Shown: positions 31,556 through 32,630 of the stretch, piece by piece | How positions within the stretch are numbered: position 1 is the first letter of the stretch | How the letters are laid out: each line of letters begins with the position of its first letter | Source of the DNA: Thermodesulfobacteriota bacterium | GTDB lineage: Bacteria; Desulfobacterota; BSN033; UBA1163 | Direction: 5' to 3' | NCBI GenBank assembly: GCA_040756085.1 | Contig: JBFMAE010000135.1 | Location: 1 to 32,630, forward strand | DNA length: 32,630 bases | Made by a program: the position numbers and the translations under genes | The notes under the pieces: model-generated | Seen by the model: the letters and a program-made list of their open reading frames with translations, nothing else | What the model was told of the DNA's origin: nothing | The model's database searches: none

Positions 31556-32380
31556 TCATTCAATGGGGGATTTCTTAAAAGCATTCGGTGTCATTCCCGT
31601 ATATTTTTTAAAGATTCTTAAAAAATGTGATTCACTTTTAAAACCTAATTGGTGCGATACCTGAAACAATTTTATATCCCTGTTCTTAAACAGAAGCTGT
31701 TTTGATTTTTCAATTCTCAACTTATTGATATATTCATTGATACTATGACCTAATTCTTTCTTGAACTTTTTCCCTATATACTCCCTTGAGACTAAAATCC
31801 TGGCTGCAACATCCTTAGACCCTATTGGTTTTGTAAAATGATTATTAATAAATTTGATCGATTGCTTAATTGGGCTACTTAGCTCATTCACCGAGGCATA
31901 TGTTGAATGATTTATCTCAATATTTCCTATATTCGTATTTTCGTTTAGTATCTCCCTTACCCTTTCGAGTAAATCAAAGGGGTCGAAAGGTTTTCTTATA
32001 TAACCGTAAACCATTAAATCAGCACATCTCTCAGCCCTTTCAATTGTGCTGTAAGCCGTGAGCACGATCACCGGGACCGTTTTTGAAAACTCTCTAATGT
32101 GTTTTAATACATCGAGTCCTTCCATTTCAGGCAATTTTAGATCCAATATAATAAGATCTATAGGAAGGCTTTTAAAAAGGTCTAAGCCCTCTTTGCCATC
32201 CTTGGCCTTAAATACATCGAAGGTGTCATTAAAAAGTTCTTCAATGGAATCCAATATCCCCGGCTCATCATCAATAATCAAGATGTTCTTTCTCTGAATT
32301 CTGTTAGTGCTGTCTAAACTCATGCTTAGCCTATCAAATGCCGTCGTCTCTGAATCTATCATTTTTCTTTGAGGCGTCAT
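31556..32380 (-). CDS. Response regulator with CheY receiver + AraC-type HTH output
   Basis: Receiver residues: ILIIDDEP, LIILDLKLPEMEG, VIVLTAY and YIRKPF. The C-terminal HTH_18 region runs VSREYIGKKFKKELGHSINEYINKLRIEKSKQLL...GFKSESHFLRIFKKYTGMTPNAFKK. The ORF is open to TTG 32395, with ATG candidates at 32380 and 32362. Confidence 0.85.
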   Translation of the reverse strand: MTPQRKMIDSETTAFDRLSMSLDSTNRIQRKNILIIDDEPGILDSIEELFNDTFDVFKAKDGKEGLDLFKSLPIDLIILDLKLPEMEGLDVLKHIREFSKTVPVIVLTAYSTIERAERCADLMVYGYIRKPFDPFDLLERVREILNENTNIGNIEINHSTYASVNELSSPIKQSIKFINNHFTKPIGSKDVAARILVSREYIGKKFKKELGHSINEYINKLRIEKSKQLLFKNRDIKLFQVSHQLGFKSESHFLRIFKKYTGMTPNAFKKSPIE

Positions 32381-32532
32381 CAAAAACAGCTTCAACCATC
32401 CGAAACGTTTAGGTATTTAAAAGGTGGTTGCTTTATTTATACAATGTTTCAACCAAGGTTTTTATAACACAATGACTTACTTTGTCAAGACATCAAGTTT
32501 TGAGGGGTGTGCGACAAATTTGTGGGTAAATT

Positions 32533-32630
32533 TTAGCCCGTGGCGCGATATTCCCAGAAGTCTTCCCAACGGCCACTAAGGATGCAGCATCTTAAGGCGA
32601 TGATGCCGTTTGCTCCCTTGACCGTCCAGT
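32533..32630 (-). CDS. 3' end of a gene running off the window; the C-terminus resembles a transposase (ISKra4-like, from memory)
   Basis: The minus-strand frame reads ...WTVKGANGIIALRCCILSGRWEDFWEYRATG then stop (TAA at 32533-32535). The LRC.ILS.R.EDFWE tail is recalled from IS transposase C-termini. Only 31 aa are visible. Confidence 0.3.
   Translation of the reverse strand, partial: WTVKGANGIIALRCCILSGRWEDFWEYRATG

Noticed and set aside
29150-31664. Long plus-strand ORFs (147, 161, 142, 177 and 100 aa) opposite the rSAM and U32 genes.
   Set aside because: These genes are relatively GC-rich, which suppresses antisense stop codons. The ORFs have no motifs or RBS.
1-32630. A search for CRISPR arrays, rRNA genes, integrases, or tRNA-derived att direct repeats delimiting an island downstream of tRNA-Glu.
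   Set aside because: I saw no regularly spaced direct repeats. The dispersed hairpins are irregularly spaced and differ in sequence. There are no rRNA-like segments, no integrase ORF, and no second copy of the tRNA 3' end.

Overview
This is a 32.6-kb bacterial chromosomal segment. The host appears diderm (outer-membrane beta-barrel protein, PEP-CTERM protein, sigma-54 promoter) and probably anaerobic (B12-radical SAM, U32-family protein, DUF362, ADP-forming acyl-CoA synthetase parts, PaaK-like ligase). The taxon cannot be assigned from the sequence alone. I support about 30 protein genes and one tRNA-Glu(CUC). I saw no rRNA and no CRISPR array. Layout: 0-6 kb holds a PRMT-like methyltransferase, an ABC exporter, an OM barrel, a sigma-54-driven PEP-CTERM protein and a PilZ protein. 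6-12 kb holds organic-acid/CoA metabolism genes, an MFS transporter and a rhomboid protease fused to a DnaJ-C-like domain. 12.2-16.5 kb holds tRNA-Glu, an IS200/RAYT-type Y1 transposase bounded by 14-bp inverted repeats, and a translationally coupled RecD2 helicase + Cas4-like PD-(D/E)XK nuclease pair. 16.9-18.7 kb holds an AhpD/CMD-like CxxC protein + ECF sigma bicistron behind an ECF-type promoter, and a bactofilin. 18.8-21.8 kb is a low-GC islet with a HEPN-like protein and a small membrane protein, divergent from a MORC/Hsp90-like GHKL ATPase. 22.2-32.4 kb is a roughly 10-kb co-directional minus-strand string: CheY-AraC regulator, U32-family protein, B12-radical SAM, DUF362, NitT/TauT ABC importer, aroA, chorismate mutase. 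Intergenic spaces carry a family of GC-rich nested-hairpin (MITE/REP-like) repeats. The best candidates for undescribed biology are the coupled U32 + B12-rSAM pair (with its possible prephenate link to the chorismate mutase), the HEPN/membrane/GHKL islet, the RecD2-nuclease pair, and the anti-sigma-less CMD-ECF module. All functional calls come from motif recognition by eye. No database search was run.
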